Shown here: positions 29,792-40,683 of the stretch, piece after piece | Layout of the letters: every line of letters starts with the position of its first letter | How positions within the stretch are numbered: position 1 is the stretch's first letter | Origin: an uncultured delta proteobacterium | GTDB taxonomy: Bacteria; Desulfobacterota; Binatia; UBA9968 | DNA length: 64,000 bases | Assembly (NCBI GenBank): GCA_963771465.1 | Contig: CAVYTU010000014.1 | Span: 160,001 to 224,000 of the forward strand | Direction: 5' to 3' | Program-made: the position numbers and the translations under genes | The notes under the pieces: generated by a model | The model's database searches: none | Seen by the model: only the letters and a program-made list of their open reading frames with translations | Told to the model about the DNA's origin: nothing

Positions 29792-30498
29792 TTTTCCAAA
29801 CCCCATCCAAGCATCGCAATGATCGCCGCCGTCGCTAACCAGCCCCAACCCGGATTGAACAAAGCGCCGGGTATCGCCGTGATGATGCTCGCCAAACAAA
29901 TCAGCGGCATCGTCCAACCTTTCATCTCCGCCACCAGCAAGCCGGCGAAATATCCCGGTAGAATAAATTTCAATGCCTCGTCGAAGCCCGGCGGAAAATT
30001 TAGCGCGACACCGTAGCCCACCGTCGTGCCGGCAACCCAAACAGTAAAACTCGTCGCGCCGACGCCGACGAAGAAACCGAGATTGCCATAACCGTCGGCG
30101 ACCGAACGGCCGGCGCTCGTCTCACGCTCTTTTTGAAATTGTAGATACGGAACAATGAAGCTGCTGGCGCTGACGACGTGAGACGCGATCAGCAACGGCA
30201 ATCGCTTGACACCGCGAAAAAACGGCGCCAACGCCGTGCTCATCGGCAGAAAACGCAGATTCATCAGCAAGCCGGCGATCAACACCGTCGCTGCTGACTT
30301 GCCTTCGGCGAGCGGAAACAGCACGGCAAACTGCGCCGGTCCGGAATAAACCCACGCCGACATGAGAACAATCTCGCCGAGCGAAAGCCCATGCGCCTGC
30401 GCGGCGATCCCCCAGGCGAGCGAAGACGGCACAAAAGCGATCCAGATCGGAATCGCCGCTTTCATCCCCTGACGAAAACGCGCAGCGAAAGACATCAC
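29773..30498 (-). CDS. azlC: AzlC-family branched-chain amino acid exporter permease
   Basis: MSAWVYSGPAQF, NLRFLPMS, WVAGTTVG. Confidence 0.85.
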   Translation of the reverse strand: MMSFAARFRQGMKAAIPIWIAFVPSSLAWGIAAQAHGLSLGEIVLMSAWVYSGPAQFAVLFPLAEGKSAATVLIAGLLMNLRFLPMSTALAPFFRGVKRLPLLIASHVVSASSFIVPYLQFQKERETSAGRSVADGYGNLGFFVGVGATSFTVWVAGTTVGYGVALNFPPGFDEALKFILPGYFAGLLVAEMKGWTMPLICLASIITAIPGALFNPGWGWLATAAIIAMLGWGLEKWLSRA

Positions 30499-30504
30499 AC
30501 TCGC

Positions 30505-30541
30505 ACCCTCACGCTTGCCTCTCCCGCAAGCGGGCGAGGGT
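30505..30541. repeat. REP-like GC hairpin
   Basis: accctc acgcttgcct ctcccgcaagcgggcgaggg. Confidence 0.5.
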
Positions 30542-30639
30542 AAAGAAGTTCGGCAACTGACAAGTTGAGAGGAGAAACAATTGGAACAAATGTTTTTGAG
30601 TACTATGCGTACTTTGCGGTAAATTCTCCGAATCTGAAT

Positions 30640-32384
30640 CTACGCCGACGACGCCACATGCTGCTGCTTGCGCGCGTAGATCCAGAAGGTCGTCACCAGA
30701 GGCGACATCACCGCGATCATCATGATCGCGATGGCAGCGGCGTCGCCGAGCCCGCCGCCATGCCACTGGCCCCAGATATAGGTCGACAACACCTGGCTCT
30801 TGGGCGAGGACAGAAAAACCGCCATCGTCAGCTCGCGATAGGCCGACAGCGAAGTCCATATCCAAGTGTAAACCAATCCCGGCTTGATCAGCGGCACGAT
30901 GACCTTGGCGAGAATTTTGAACGACGACACGCCGCCCACTTGCGCCGCCTCTTCCAGCTCGCGGTGCACTTGGATCATGCTGTTGTTGAGCACCCGGGTG
31001 CCGAAGCTGATCCAGCAGAGCACGTACACCGCAATGATGACAAAAAGAGTTCCGTAGAGCGGAATCACATTAGAAATCAGCAGCGCGAGATAGGCGATCG
31101 CCAAAGCGAACAGCAGATTGGGCACCGGATGGGGCAAAAACGCCACCGCGTCCAACGCCACGCGCCAGCGCAGCCGCGAGCGCGTCACGATCCACGAGAT
31201 CGCCGAGCAGAAAATGACGATCAACGTCGGCACGACGATCATCAGCAAGAGCGTATTGGCCGCTGCCTGCAAGATGCCGCTGTCGAAAGCCGACGGACGT
31301 GTAGCGTTCGAATGTAATCGCCGACAGCGCTTGCCACGATGGCGCTTGCACGTAAGGCAAAAGCGAAACCCAAAATATCGCCAGCAGAGGCAAGACAAAC
31401 GCCAGCACGAAGTAGAGTCCCAACAACCCCCACGCGCCGAGCCACCATCTGCCGAGCTCCACCGGACGCGACTGATAGGCTTTGCCGGAAATGATTTGAT
31501 ATTTGTGGCTTTGCTTGAGCGCGATGAAGTAAGGGATCATTAGGATCAACGACACGCGCGACCATGATCGTGCCGTAGGCGCCGGTCAAACCGTAGCGCG
31601 GCAAGCCTTCGTTGGGATTGATCATGAAGTAGATCGCCGTGCTGAAGGTAAAAATATTATTCGCCATGCCGATCACGCCTGGCACGTCGAAAGCCGCGAT
31701 CGCCACGGTGAACATCCAGATCACCGCCGAAAACAATGCCGGCCAGATGAGCGGCAGCTCGATCCGAACCAACGTGCGCCACTGGCTCACGCCGTGCACG
31801 CTCGCCGCCTCGACCAACGCCGGATTCATGCTTTTGAGCGCCGCCGAGATCATCACGTACGCCAACGGCGCGAGAGTCAACCCTTGCACGAAACCGATGC
31901 CCGACACGGTGGCGATATTCAGCGGCGCGTTGGTTAAGCCGAACAGCTGCATTAAAAAAATATTGATCATGCCGATGCGCGGATGGAGCAAAAAAACCCA
32001 ACCCATCGCCTTGAGAAAGGTCGGGAACAGGATGCCGATGCTGAGCAGGCTCATGGCCAGCGCCTTGTAGCGCATGTCGGTGCGCTCGACGAGCCAAGCA
32101 AAGATAAATCCCAGCGGCACTGACACCGCGATCGTCACCGCGGAAAAATAAAGCGTCGTCCACATCACCTTGTAGGTGTACGGATCGGCGAGGATCGCCG
32201 AGTAATTCTTAAGAGTGTAATCAGACGACTGGCCCGGCACGCCCGTGCGCAAACTCATCCAGACGATCATGCCCAAGAGGATAAGGATCGCCAGCGCCGC
32301 GCCGCACGCCACAGTCACCAATGATAACTTGGACCAGTTGATCGCTGGGCTACGCCGGTCGGGAAATATGACTTGGGTGGACAT
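30640..32384 (-). CDS. Fe3+/thiamine-type ABC permease (FbpB-like, two BPD_transp_1 domains), split by two frameshifts (~31556 and ~31287)
   Basis: WLVERTD, first EAA loop LVEAASVHG, second ELEEAAQVGG; three consecutive ORF pieces. Confidence 0.85.
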
Positions 32385-32421
32385 TGGGACTCAATTCGTT
32401 CGCGGGAATGCTCTGTTATTT

Positions 32422-32505
32422 CGTCATTCCCGCGCACGCGGGAATCCAGATTGGGTCGAAGCTGCGCGGCACGAAGACTGGATTCCCGTTTACACGGGAA
32501 TGACG
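32422..32505. repeat. REP/BIME-like element (GTCATTCCCG..CGGGAATCCA family)
   Basis: cgtcattcccgcgcacgcgggaatccag ... ctggattcccgtttacacgggaatgacg. Confidence 0.8.
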
Positions 32506-32563
32506 CATTGCTTATGGATCGGATGTTGCGCTATTGCGCATTTCGCCAGACTTGCAGACAAAC

Positions 32564-33607
32564 TCACTTCAGCAAAATCTTAGTTAACTCTTCTTCCAGC
32601 GCAGTGTCTTCCTTTTGAAAAACCTCGTTGAGCTCTTTCGGATCTTGCAACTTGAGCTTGTTGGACTTCACGTATTTCGCCAAGATCGTTCCGTCGACTA
32701 GATGAGAGCTTCGATAGTCTTGTTTTTCCAGCACGCTTTGCGCCTCTCGGGTCGCCATGAACGCGGCAAAGAGTTTGGCCATGTTCGGATGAGCCGAATT
32801 TTTCGGCACCGACAATTGATAGTAAGAAGAGGTCGCCGGCGTCGAGCCCGGCAAGCCGACCAGTGGCGCGCCTTTGGCCTGCCACTTCCACATCGCTTCG
32901 AGAGGGCCACCGGTGCTCGCCATGATCGGAAACTCGCCGCTAACGATACGCTCCTCTTCGCCTTGGCGCAGCCGTCCGCCGGCCAGCGGCGCCAGCTTAC
33001 GCGCGAACGACAACATCTTTTCCCTGCCCCATATCGGCGACACTCGGATCAGCCAGTGAATGTATGCGGGAATCGCCATCTTGCCCGCCCACGTCGGCGA
33101 CAGCGCCGGATCGATCAGGTCTTCGTAATTTTTCGGCGCCTTGTCTTTTGGGATCGCGTTGGAATTGTAAATGATGCCGTGAAACGACGCATAGACCAAC
33201 ACCGACTCTTGCGGAAAAATTTCCATCTCCTTGGTCACCCAGGGAAAAATTCCCGACCAGTTCACTTTTTGCAGCGCCTTTTCGAGATGCATGGTCATGT
33301 AGGTGCCGTCGGAGCCAAGATACAAATCGGTGGACGACTTGGTTCCCGCCTTTTGCTCGGTGATGATGCGCGCCGCCATCTGCGGAAAGCTTGGACCGCC
33401 GCTTAGATTCAACTTACCTTTGAACCCGTAACGTTTAGCGAACAGCGCCTCGAGCTCGGCAAATCCCTTCTTGCCGCCAAAGGTCGAGGTGCTTGCCATC
33501 AACGTCACCTCGCCTTCCTTCTTAGCCTCGGCGACGATCTGCTCGAGCTTCTGCCCAAGCGCAAGCTGCGGCAATAATAACAAAGCGGCAACAATGAGTT
33601 TCAACAC
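32564..33607 (-). CDS. Extracellular solute-binding protein (iron/SBP_bac_6-type)
   Basis: Signal peptide, AKKEGEV, YNSN.I...APK.YEDL.DP, VPKNSAHPN.AKLF; AAGGAG RBS. Confidence 0.85.
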   Translation of the reverse strand: MLKLIVAALLLLPQLALGQKLEQIVAEAKKEGEVTLMASTSTFGGKKGFAELEALFAKRYGFKGKLNLSGGPSFPQMAARIITEQKAGTKSSTDLYLGSDGTYMTMHLEKALQKVNWSGIFPWVTKEMEIFPQESVLVYASFHGIIYNSNAIPKDKAPKNYEDLIDPALSPTWAGKMAIPAYIHWLIRVSPIWGREKMLSFARKLAPLAGGRLRQGEEERIVSGEFPIMASTGGPLEAMWKWQAKGAPLVGLPGSTPATSSYYQLSVPKNSAHPNMAKLFAAFMATREAQSVLEKQDYRSSHLVDGTILAKYVKSNKLKLQDPKELNEVFQKEDTALEEELTKILLK

Positions 33608-33640
33608 CACATTACTCCTTCTAAGTTGTAATGATTCAAG

Positions 33641-33717
33641 TCGAGGATGGAGGATGGCCCGATCAGAACGCAATCTCCGACGCCCATTTTCAATTCTCCA
33701 TTATCCATTCTCAATTC
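33641..33717. repeat. Intergenic heptamer repeats
   Basis: tcgaggatggaggatgg ... ccatttt caattct ccattat ccattct caattc. Confidence 0.6.
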
Positions 33718-34849
33718 AAGAGAGCGCTTCAACCGCATCGCGACTAGAATCGAACGTGATCGAGCCGTTTTCACTCGCATCGCGAATGACGCCGAACGGA
33801 TCTCTGCCTTGAGCTACGGCGTCGATGGAATCGCGGATCATTTTGCGAAGCAATAGAATTCCCTGGTCGGAGGTCGCCAGGTGCTCTTTGGTGCGATCGG
33901 CGATCACGCCCTGGGTTTCCTGCGCGACGCGGTCTTGCTCTCGATTCGGCAGATTCCACCAGCCGTCCTCGACGCGGCTGTAAACTCCCGGCTCGCTTTT
34001 GCGAAATCCCTTCACGCGCAACGGCTCCGGCCGGGTCGGCTTGCCGTCTTTATGTGGGTAGAAGTCGATGTAAAAAGTATTCGTCGTGTAGTCGTCTTTG
34101 GGCACGCGGAAGCGAATCACCTGGCGCGGCTGCTCGTCGATGCGCGCCGCGGAATGACGCACGTGGGACGGAAAGACAAAATGCGAAATGCGCGGCTTCC
34201 CAACGCCTTCGACCCAAGTGGTTTCTTTGATGCCGAACGGCGTGGGCTCCCACTTCATCGTCGGCCGCTTCATCGCCATGTTCGGATAGCCCGCGGCGTG
34301 CAGCGCGATCGAATGCGCGCCGTCGGCGGAATTTTCCGCGCGCTGCAGCCAATTGCAAAATTCTTCACCGCCGCCAAGCACACGGCAGCCATCATCGCGC
34401 ACAAGCAAATCATAAGGTGGCAAAAGCGGCGCCGGCTCGGGCCCAACGTAGGCAAAAACTAATCCGCCGGCATCCTGCGCATAATAAGCCGGATGCTTCA
34501 CCCGAGTTTTGAATGTGCTATCCGCCGGCTCCGCCGGCTGTTCTAAGCAATTTCCCCGCACATCCCAAAGCCAGCCGTGATAGCAACAACGAAGTCCATT
34601 GTCTTCGACTCTGCCAAATTCCAAAGACGAGCCGCGATGCGAACAGTGCAGAGCGACCAGCCCCAACTTTCCCCCGCCGTCGCGAAACAGCACGAAGTCC
34701 TCAGCCAGCAGCGTAATCTTGGTCGGCGCCGCCTTGGCCTTCACCTGCTCCGAAAACGCCACCGGCCACCAGTAGCGCCGCAGCATTTCACCGGCAGGCT
34801 TTCCAGGACCGACGCGGGTCATCAATTCGTTCTCTTGTGCTGTAAGCAT
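33716..34849 (-). CDS. Rieske non-heme iron oxygenase alpha subunit (phthalate 4,5-dioxygenase-like)
   Basis: CSHRG...CCYHG Rieske motif; ENSADGAHSIALH iron site; QDRVAQE; EHLATSD.G. Confidence 0.9.
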   Translation of the reverse strand: MLTAQENELMTRVGPGKPAGEMLRRYWWPVAFSEQVKAKAAPTKITLLAEDFVLFRDGGGKLGLVALHCSHRGSSLEFGRVEDNGLRCCYHGWLWDVRGNCLEQPAEPADSTFKTRVKHPAYYAQDAGGLVFAYVGPEPAPLLPPYDLLVRDDGCRVLGGGEEFCNWLQRAENSADGAHSIALHAAGYPNMAMKRPTMKWEPTPFGIKETTWVEGVGKPRISHFVFPSHVRHSAARIDEQPRQVIRFRVPKDDYTTNTFYIDFYPHKDGKPTRPEPLRVKGFRKSEPGVYSRVEDGWWNLPNREQDRVAQETQGVIADRTKEHLATSDQGILLLRKMIRDSIDAVAQGRDPFGVIRDASENGSITFDSSRDAVEALS

Positions 34850-35951
34850 GTTCTCTTCCTGACTCTGATGCTGACTCATCCTGTTTGAGCATCTTCGTCA
34901 ACTCTTCTTTGAACTCCAAGCCACTATCCTCGCCTTGCAGATAGAAGTTAATCGAGTCTTTGGCTTCCTGCAGCTTGATCTTATTCTGTTTCAAATAATT
35001 CGACATCAGCGTGCCTTCGACTAAATGCGAAGTTCGAAAATCATGTTTCTCCAGGATCGCCTGGGCTTCCTTCGAGGCCATGAAGCCGACAAAGAGTTTC
35101 GATAGATTCGGATGCGCGGAATTCTTCGGCACGGCGAGTTGAAAATAGGACGGCAGCACCGGCATCGAGCCCATCACCGCGACCAGCGGCGCGCCTTTGG
35201 CTTGCCACTGCCACATTTGTTCCGTCGCGCCGCCCATGTTGGCGGCGATGGGAAATTCGCCGCTGACCACGCGCTCTTCTTCGCTGTAGCGCAGCCGGCC
35301 GCCGCTCAGCGCGACCAATCTCTTGGTGAAATTCTTTACTTTCTCTTCGCTCCAGATCATCGACAACTCGACCAACCATGATACATACGGTGGAATCGCC
35401 AGCTTGCCGGCCCAAGTGGGACTCAACTTAGGGTCGACCAAATCTTCGTAGGTTTTCGGCGCCTTCTCTTTCGGGATCAGCTTTGAATTGTAAATCATGC
35501 CGCGCAACGAAGTGAAAATCAGCACGCCCTCGCCCGGAAAAATTTCCATCTCCTTGGTGATCCATGGAAAGACACCTGAATAATTGACCCGCTCCAAAGC
35601 TTTCTCTTTATGCAGCAAGGACAGATGAGACTGCGAACCGTGATAGAGATCGCTGGAAGCCTTGGCGCCGTTTTTCAGCTCGGTAATCACCCGCGCTGCC
35701 ATCGCGTTCATCTCCGGCCCAGCGGAAAAACGAATTTTCATGTTTAGACCGAAGCGTTTGTTAAACGCCGCCTCAAGCAGACTCAAATTCTTCTGCCCGC
35801 CAAAAGTTTGTGCCCCGGCGATGAATGTAATCTCCGGTTCCTTCTTCGCCCCGGCAATCAGCTGTTCCAACGTTTCCGCAGCTAGCGCCAAATGAAGTGG
35901 AAGTAGCACGAATAAAAGCAACCAACAAATAATTCGTCTACAGCTTTGCAT
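34788..35951 (-). CDS. Extracellular solute-binding protein, paralog of 32564-33607; true stop probably near 34876
   Basis: Shares FPW.TKEMEIFP, PTWAGK, WQAKGAPLV and VPKNSAHPN with its neighbour; the tail beyond KMLKQ runs into the next gene, suggesting a lost base. Confidence 0.85.
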   Translation of the reverse strand: MQSCRRIICWLLLFVLLPLHLALAAETLEQLIAGAKKEPEITFIAGAQTFGGQKNLSLLEAAFNKRFGLNMKIRFSAGPEMNAMAARVITELKNGAKASSDLYHGSQSHLSLLHKEKALERVNYSGVFPWITKEMEIFPGEGVLIFTSLRGMIYNSKLIPKEKAPKTYEDLVDPKLSPTWAGKLAIPPYVSWLVELSMIWSEEKVKNFTKRLVALSGGRLRYSEEERVVSGEFPIAANMGGATEQMWQWQAKGAPLVAVMGSMPVLPSYFQLAVPKNSAHPNLSKLFVGFMASKEAQAILEKHDFRTSHLVEGTLMSNYLKQNKIKLQEAKDSINFYLQGEDSGLEFKEELTKMLKQDESASESGREHAYSTRERIDDPRRSWKACR

Positions 35952-36007
35952 CACGCCTTCCGCTCCAAGACACATTCGACCTTGAACCCTAGAACTATTG
36001 ACCGATT

Positions 36008-37156
36008 TTACCTTAGCAGTTCTTCATACGGTCGCAGCCTAATCAGCTCGTTCTTCTTGGCATCGCGAATTACTCCCAGTGGATCGCGCCCTTGTTTGAT
36101 CGCCTCCATGCCGTCTTTGTAAATCCGCCTTAATAAAATTACCCCCTTGTCGGTGGTGACCAAGTGCTCGGTCGTGCGGTCATAGATCGTCCCCTGGCTC
36201 TCCTGCGCCGCGCGATCTTGGTCCTCCCGTGCGATCCAACCGATTTCCTCGCTCCAGCGATACTCGCCCGGTTTGCTCGCCTGCACGCCCTCCGCCGAGC
36301 GGTCCTTCATGAGCTTGGCCGTGAGCTTGCCGTCGATCACGGTGGCGAACTCCACAGTGTAGTGAATCGTGCTGAAATCATCGATCGGCACGCGCCAGCG
36401 CATCACTTCGCAGGAACTGCTCGCGCGGTGCTCGGTCGGATGGCCTTCATCGACGTTGCCGGTCTTGTTCATCGTCGGCATGACGAAGAAATTCACATGC
36501 GCCCACTCCTTGCCGCCAACCTTGCGCGTGTAGGTATTGAGCACGCCGTGCTCGAAGATTTGCGGATTGATTTCGCCGTCTTCCCAGTTAGGCGTTGTCA
36601 GGCCGCGATGCAGCCACTTCAAATGATTTTGGTCCACGGAGTTCTCGATCATCTGGAAATAATTACAATTGACAGTGCGCGCGCGCATGGCCCGCTGGCC
36701 GTCCTGGCGAACCAACACGTCGTAGCGCGGCAACAGCGGCGCCGGCTCCGGCCCCATGTAGACAAACAACACACCGCCGAGTTCCTGAACTTTGTAAGAA
36801 GGCTGGCGTACACGATCTTTGAACGTGCTTCCCGCCGGTTCGCCGGGAGTCTCCATGACTGTGCCGTCAACGCCGTAAAGCCAGCCATGATAACAACAGC
36901 GCAAGCCGCCATTCTCAAGGTGGCCAAACTCAAGCGAAGTACCGCGATGGATACAGCGCAACGCTAATACACCGAACTTATCGTTCTCATCGCGAAACAA
37001 AACGACATCTTCGCCGAGAATCCGCTTGCGCTTCGGCTTACCCTGCAACTCATTGGCAAACGCGATCGGCTGCCAATAACGCCGCAGCAACGCTCCCGCA
37101 GGTTTTCCCTGCCCGACCTGCGTCAACATGTCATTTTCTTCTTTGCTGAGTGCCAT
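36008..37156 (-). CDS. Rieske non-heme iron oxygenase alpha subunit (phthalate 4,5-dioxygenase-like)
   Basis: MALSKEENDMLTQVG, CIHRG...CCYHG, ENSVDQNHLKWLH, QDRAAQESQG. Confidence 0.9.
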   Translation of the reverse strand: MALSKEENDMLTQVGQGKPAGALLRRYWQPIAFANELQGKPKRKRILGEDVVLFRDENDKFGVLALRCIHRGTSLEFGHLENGGLRCCYHGWLYGVDGTVMETPGEPAGSTFKDRVRQPSYKVQELGGVLFVYMGPEPAPLLPRYDVLVRQDGQRAMRARTVNCNYFQMIENSVDQNHLKWLHRGLTTPNWEDGEINPQIFEHGVLNTYTRKVGGKEWAHVNFFVMPTMNKTGNVDEGHPTEHRASSSCEVMRWRVPIDDFSTIHYTVEFATVIDGKLTAKLMKDRSAEGVQASKPGEYRWSEEIGWIAREDQDRAAQESQGTIYDRTTEHLVTTDKGVILLRRIYKDGMEAIKQGRDPLGVIRDAKKNELIRLRPYEELLR

Positions 37157-37294
37157 TGAATTCCCTCTACCTACAATGTAATTCGCTTGATTTGCTTCCA
37201 GAGATAGCCGAGATTCTCTCGTAGTGTCAAGGAACGACTTCGCTAAGAACCTACGTTGAAATTGTCCCTTCGCTGTGCAAATCTTTGAATTCTC

Positions 37295-38680
37295 ATGGCC
37301 GACCAAACCGCGAGCTTGCTGCGCGAACTTCCTTCCATCGATCGCTTGCTTAACCATGCGCGCTGCGCTGTGCTGCTCACCCGTTACAATCGCGATTACG
37401 TCGCACAAAAATGCCGAGAGATTCTCGATCGCGCGCGCGGAGAAATCAGACAAGGGAAGAGTCAAGCGCTCAATGACGACGTCATTCTCGATCAAGTCGA
37501 GGCGCAGATCGAAATGGAAAGCCGGCCCGGCCACATCCGTGTCGTCAACGCCACCGGCACTATTCTGCACACCAATCTCGGCCGCGCTTTACTCTCCCAG
37601 CCGGCCATCGAAGCGATGTTGGCGGTCGCCGGCAATCCGATCAATTTGGAATACGATCTCGCCGCCGGCAAACGCGGCAAGCGCGAAGAAACGCTCGAAC
37701 AACTGTTAGTGCAGCTGACCGGCGCCGAAGCAGCTACGGTCGTGAATAACAACGCGGCAGCTGTGCTGCTGGGGTTGAACTCGCTGGCGCAAGGCAAAGA
37801 AGTGATCGTCTCACGCGGCGAGCTCATCGAGATCGGCGGTGCTTTTCGCATCCCGGAAATTATGGCCAAGAGCGGCGCAGTCCTGCGCGAGGTCGGCGCG
37901 ACTAACAGAACCCATCCGGCGGATTACGAAAATGCCATCAATGAAAATACCGCGCTTTTGTTAAAAGTTCACACCAGCAATTACAAGGTCGTCGGCTTCA
38001 CCGCCGAAGTCGAGCTGGAGCAAATGGTCGCCATCGGCAGGAAGCACAACCTACCGGTGATGGAAGATCTCGGCAGCGGCGCGCTCATCGATCTAAGCAA
38101 ATACGGCCTGCCGAAAGAACCCATCGTCGCCGAGAGAATCCAAGCCGGCGCCGATATAGTCACATTTAGCGGCGATAAAATTCTCGGCGGTCCGCAAGCG
38201 GGCTTGATGGTCGGCAAAAAAGAGCTGATCGGCAAGATGAGCAAAAATCATCTGCAACGCGCATTGCGCTGCGGCAAGCTGACTCTGGCAGCGCTGGAAG
38301 CGACCCTGCGCCGTTACCGCCAGTCGCCGAACATCGTCGAAGAAATTCCGACCCTGCGAGCATTCACGAGACCAGTCGATGAAGTCCGAGCAATGGGCGT
38401 GCAATTGCTACCCAAACTCGAAACCGCCCTCGGCAAAGACTTCCACCTGTCGCTGCAAGACTCGACATCTCAAATCGGCAGCGGCGCGATGCCGACGGAA
38501 GAATTGCCCACGGTTGTCATCACAATCGAAAACTCAAAACTCAGCGCCAACATCATCGCCAAACGATTTCGTCAGGCCAATCCGCCGATCATCGGCCGCA
38601 TCAACGATGACAAATTTCTCCTCGACCTAAGAACAATCTTCGACGTCAACGATCTCATCCCAGTATTCAATTCCGAATAA
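37295..38680 (+). CDS. selA: L-seryl-tRNA(Sec) selenium transferase
   Basis: VVNATGTILHTNLGRA, VNNNAAA, SRGELIEIGG.FRIP, EDLGSG, FSGDK.LGGPQAG. Confidence 0.97.
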   Translation: MADQTASLLRELPSIDRLLNHARCAVLLTRYNRDYVAQKCREILDRARGEIRQGKSQALNDDVILDQVEAQIEMESRPGHIRVVNATGTILHTNLGRALLSQPAIEAMLAVAGNPINLEYDLAAGKRGKREETLEQLLVQLTGAEAATVVNNNAAAVLLGLNSLAQGKEVIVSRGELIEIGGAFRIPEIMAKSGAVLREVGATNRTHPADYENAINENTALLLKVHTSNYKVVGFTAEVELEQMVAIGRKHNLPVMEDLGSGALIDLSKYGLPKEPIVAERIQAGADIVTFSGDKILGGPQAGLMVGKKELIGKMSKNHLQRALRCGKLTLAALEATLRRYRQSPNIVEEIPTLRAFTRPVDEVRAMGVQLLPKLETALGKDFHLSLQDSTSQIGSGAMPTEELPTVVITIENSKLSANIIAKRFRQANPPIIGRINDDKFLLDLRTIFDVNDLIPVFNSE

Positions 38681-38710
38681 TTTTCAATTCTCCATTATCA
38701 ATTTTCAATT
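38680..38710. repeat. Heptamer tandem repeat filling the selA-selB spacer
   Basis: attttca attctcc attatca attttca att. Confidence 0.6.
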
Positions 38711-38716
38711 AACCCC

Positions 38717-40649
38717 ATGCCCTACATCATCGGCACCGCCGGCCATATCGATCACGGCAAAACCAGCTTGATCAAAGCCCTCACCGGCACCGACACCGAC
38801 CGGTTTAAAGGAAGAAAAAGAGCGCGGCATCTCCATCGATCTCGGCTTCGCTCATCTCGATTTGCCAGATGGCACTTCAGCGGGCGTTGTTGACGTGCCC
38901 GGTCACGAGCGTTTTATCAAGAACATGCTCGCTGGCGCCCATGGCATTGATCTCGTCTTGTTCACCGTCGCCGCTGACGACGGCGTCATGCCCCAGACCG
39001 AAGAGCATTTGGACATCGTTCATCTGCTCGGCGTCAAGATGGCGATCTTCGTCATCACCAAAGCCGACTTGGTGCCGCCGGCAAGAATCCCCGATGTCGA
39101 AGAAGAGATCGAGATCATCACTCTCGGCACAACCTTGGAAAACTCGCCGAAGCTCGCGGTCTCTTCGACCACCGGCCAAGGTTTGGAAGAATTGAAGCAA
39201 CTGATCTCAGAGACCCTCAAATCCGCCACCCATTCAGCACCGAGCGGCTATTTCCGTTTGCCGGTGGATCGCGCCTTTGTGCTCCAAGGCCACGGCGTCG
39301 TCGTCACCGGCACCGGACTCAGCGGCGAGATCAAAGTCGGCGAGCAGGTGCGCTGCTTGCCGGGCGACCATCTGTTTCGCGTGCGCAGTTTGCAGGTACA
39401 CGGCCAAGCCGTCGAGCGCGCCGGTTGGGGCCAGCGCGTCGCGATGAATCTGACCGGCCCGGAGCGCGCTTCCATCGAGCGCGGCCAAGTCATCTGCCAC
39501 GAGAAACTGTCACTGACTTCGGATCGCTTCGACGCGTATTTGGAAGTGCGTCCGGCGGCGGCCAAAGGGATCAAGAATCATCAGCGTCTGCGCATCCACA
39601 TGGGCGCGGCGGAGCGCTTGGGGAAAATTGTTTTGCTCGGCGATAAACAAAAAGCCGAGCCGAAACAATCCGTCTATTGCCAGATCACGCTTGCAGAACC
39701 GCTGCTCGTCCTGCGCGGCGATCATTTCGTCGCCCGCGATGAAACCGCGCAACGAACGCTCGGCGGCGGCATGGTGATCCATCCCTGGTCCAAGCGCCAC
39801 AAACGCGGCGACGCCAATTTGCCGGGCCGGCTTAAAGCGCTCCACGTAGGCGAGTTCGCCGAGCTGATGGAAAGTTTTTTGAACGAAAGCTCGGCGTTCG
39901 CATTGCCCATCGACGCCATCTACCAGTTTCTCAATCTGCGCGAGGAAGAGGCCCGGCAAAAAGTCGACGCGCAGAAGTCGCTGCGGGCGATCAACGCCGA
40001 AGGTGAGAAAGTCTACACGACGGAAGCGAAATGGAATCGGCTTAAAGACCAATTGCTAAAAACTCTCAAGGAGTTCCACGCCGGCCACCCGCTCGTTCCC
40101 GGCATGGACATGGAAGAGCTGCGCGGCAAGCTCGTCTATGAACTGTCGCCGAAAATATTCCGCGTCGTCATCGAACTATTCATCAACGAGAAACTCATCG
40201 CCAAGGAAGAAAACCTGCTGCGCCTGGCGAGCCATAAAGTTCAGCTCGGCGGCCAGGAAACGGTTTTGATGGACAAGATCAAAAAACTTCTCGGCGAGCA
40301 GCCGCTGGCGCCGCCGGACTTGAAAGAAATAGAAAAGCAGGCCGGCGTGCCGCGCAACCGGCTCACCGAAGTGATTCGCCTGCTCGAACGGGAAGGCTCA
40401 GTCGTGCGCGTGACCACGGACATGTATTTTCTTGCCAGCAGCATCGAGCAGTTGCGCGCAACGCTGGTGCAATTCTTGAGTGAAAAGGGCGAGATGAACG
40501 CCGCGGCTTTCCGCGATCTCATCGGCTCAAGCCGCAAATACACGATACCGCTATTGGAATACTTCGACCGCGCCGGGCTGACGATCCGTATCGGCGACAT
40601 CCGCAAACTCAAAGGGTCCAACGCGGCGGCAAAAAACTCCACGCGTTGA
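38717..40649 (+). CDS. selB: Selenocysteine-specific elongation factor, with one extra T at ~38805
   Basis: [16 protein letters not shown]..., DVPGHE, TKAD, C-terminal winged helix [13 protein letters not shown]; CGG TTT AAAG GAA restores [17 protein letters not shown] if one T is removed. Confidence 0.95.
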
Positions 40650-40683
40650 ATTCAATCGCGCTTCGATCTAAAGTTGCAGCATT

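Noticed and set aside
37157-37570. 137-aa N-terminal extension of the Rieske ORF 36008-37570
   Set aside because: It overlaps selA on the opposite strand; the family-typical start is MALSKEEN at 37156.
38801-38812. Programmed frameshift in selB at TTTAAAG
   Set aside because: The heptamer looks slippery, but restoring the frame needs +1, not -1, and similar single-base insertions occur throughout the window.
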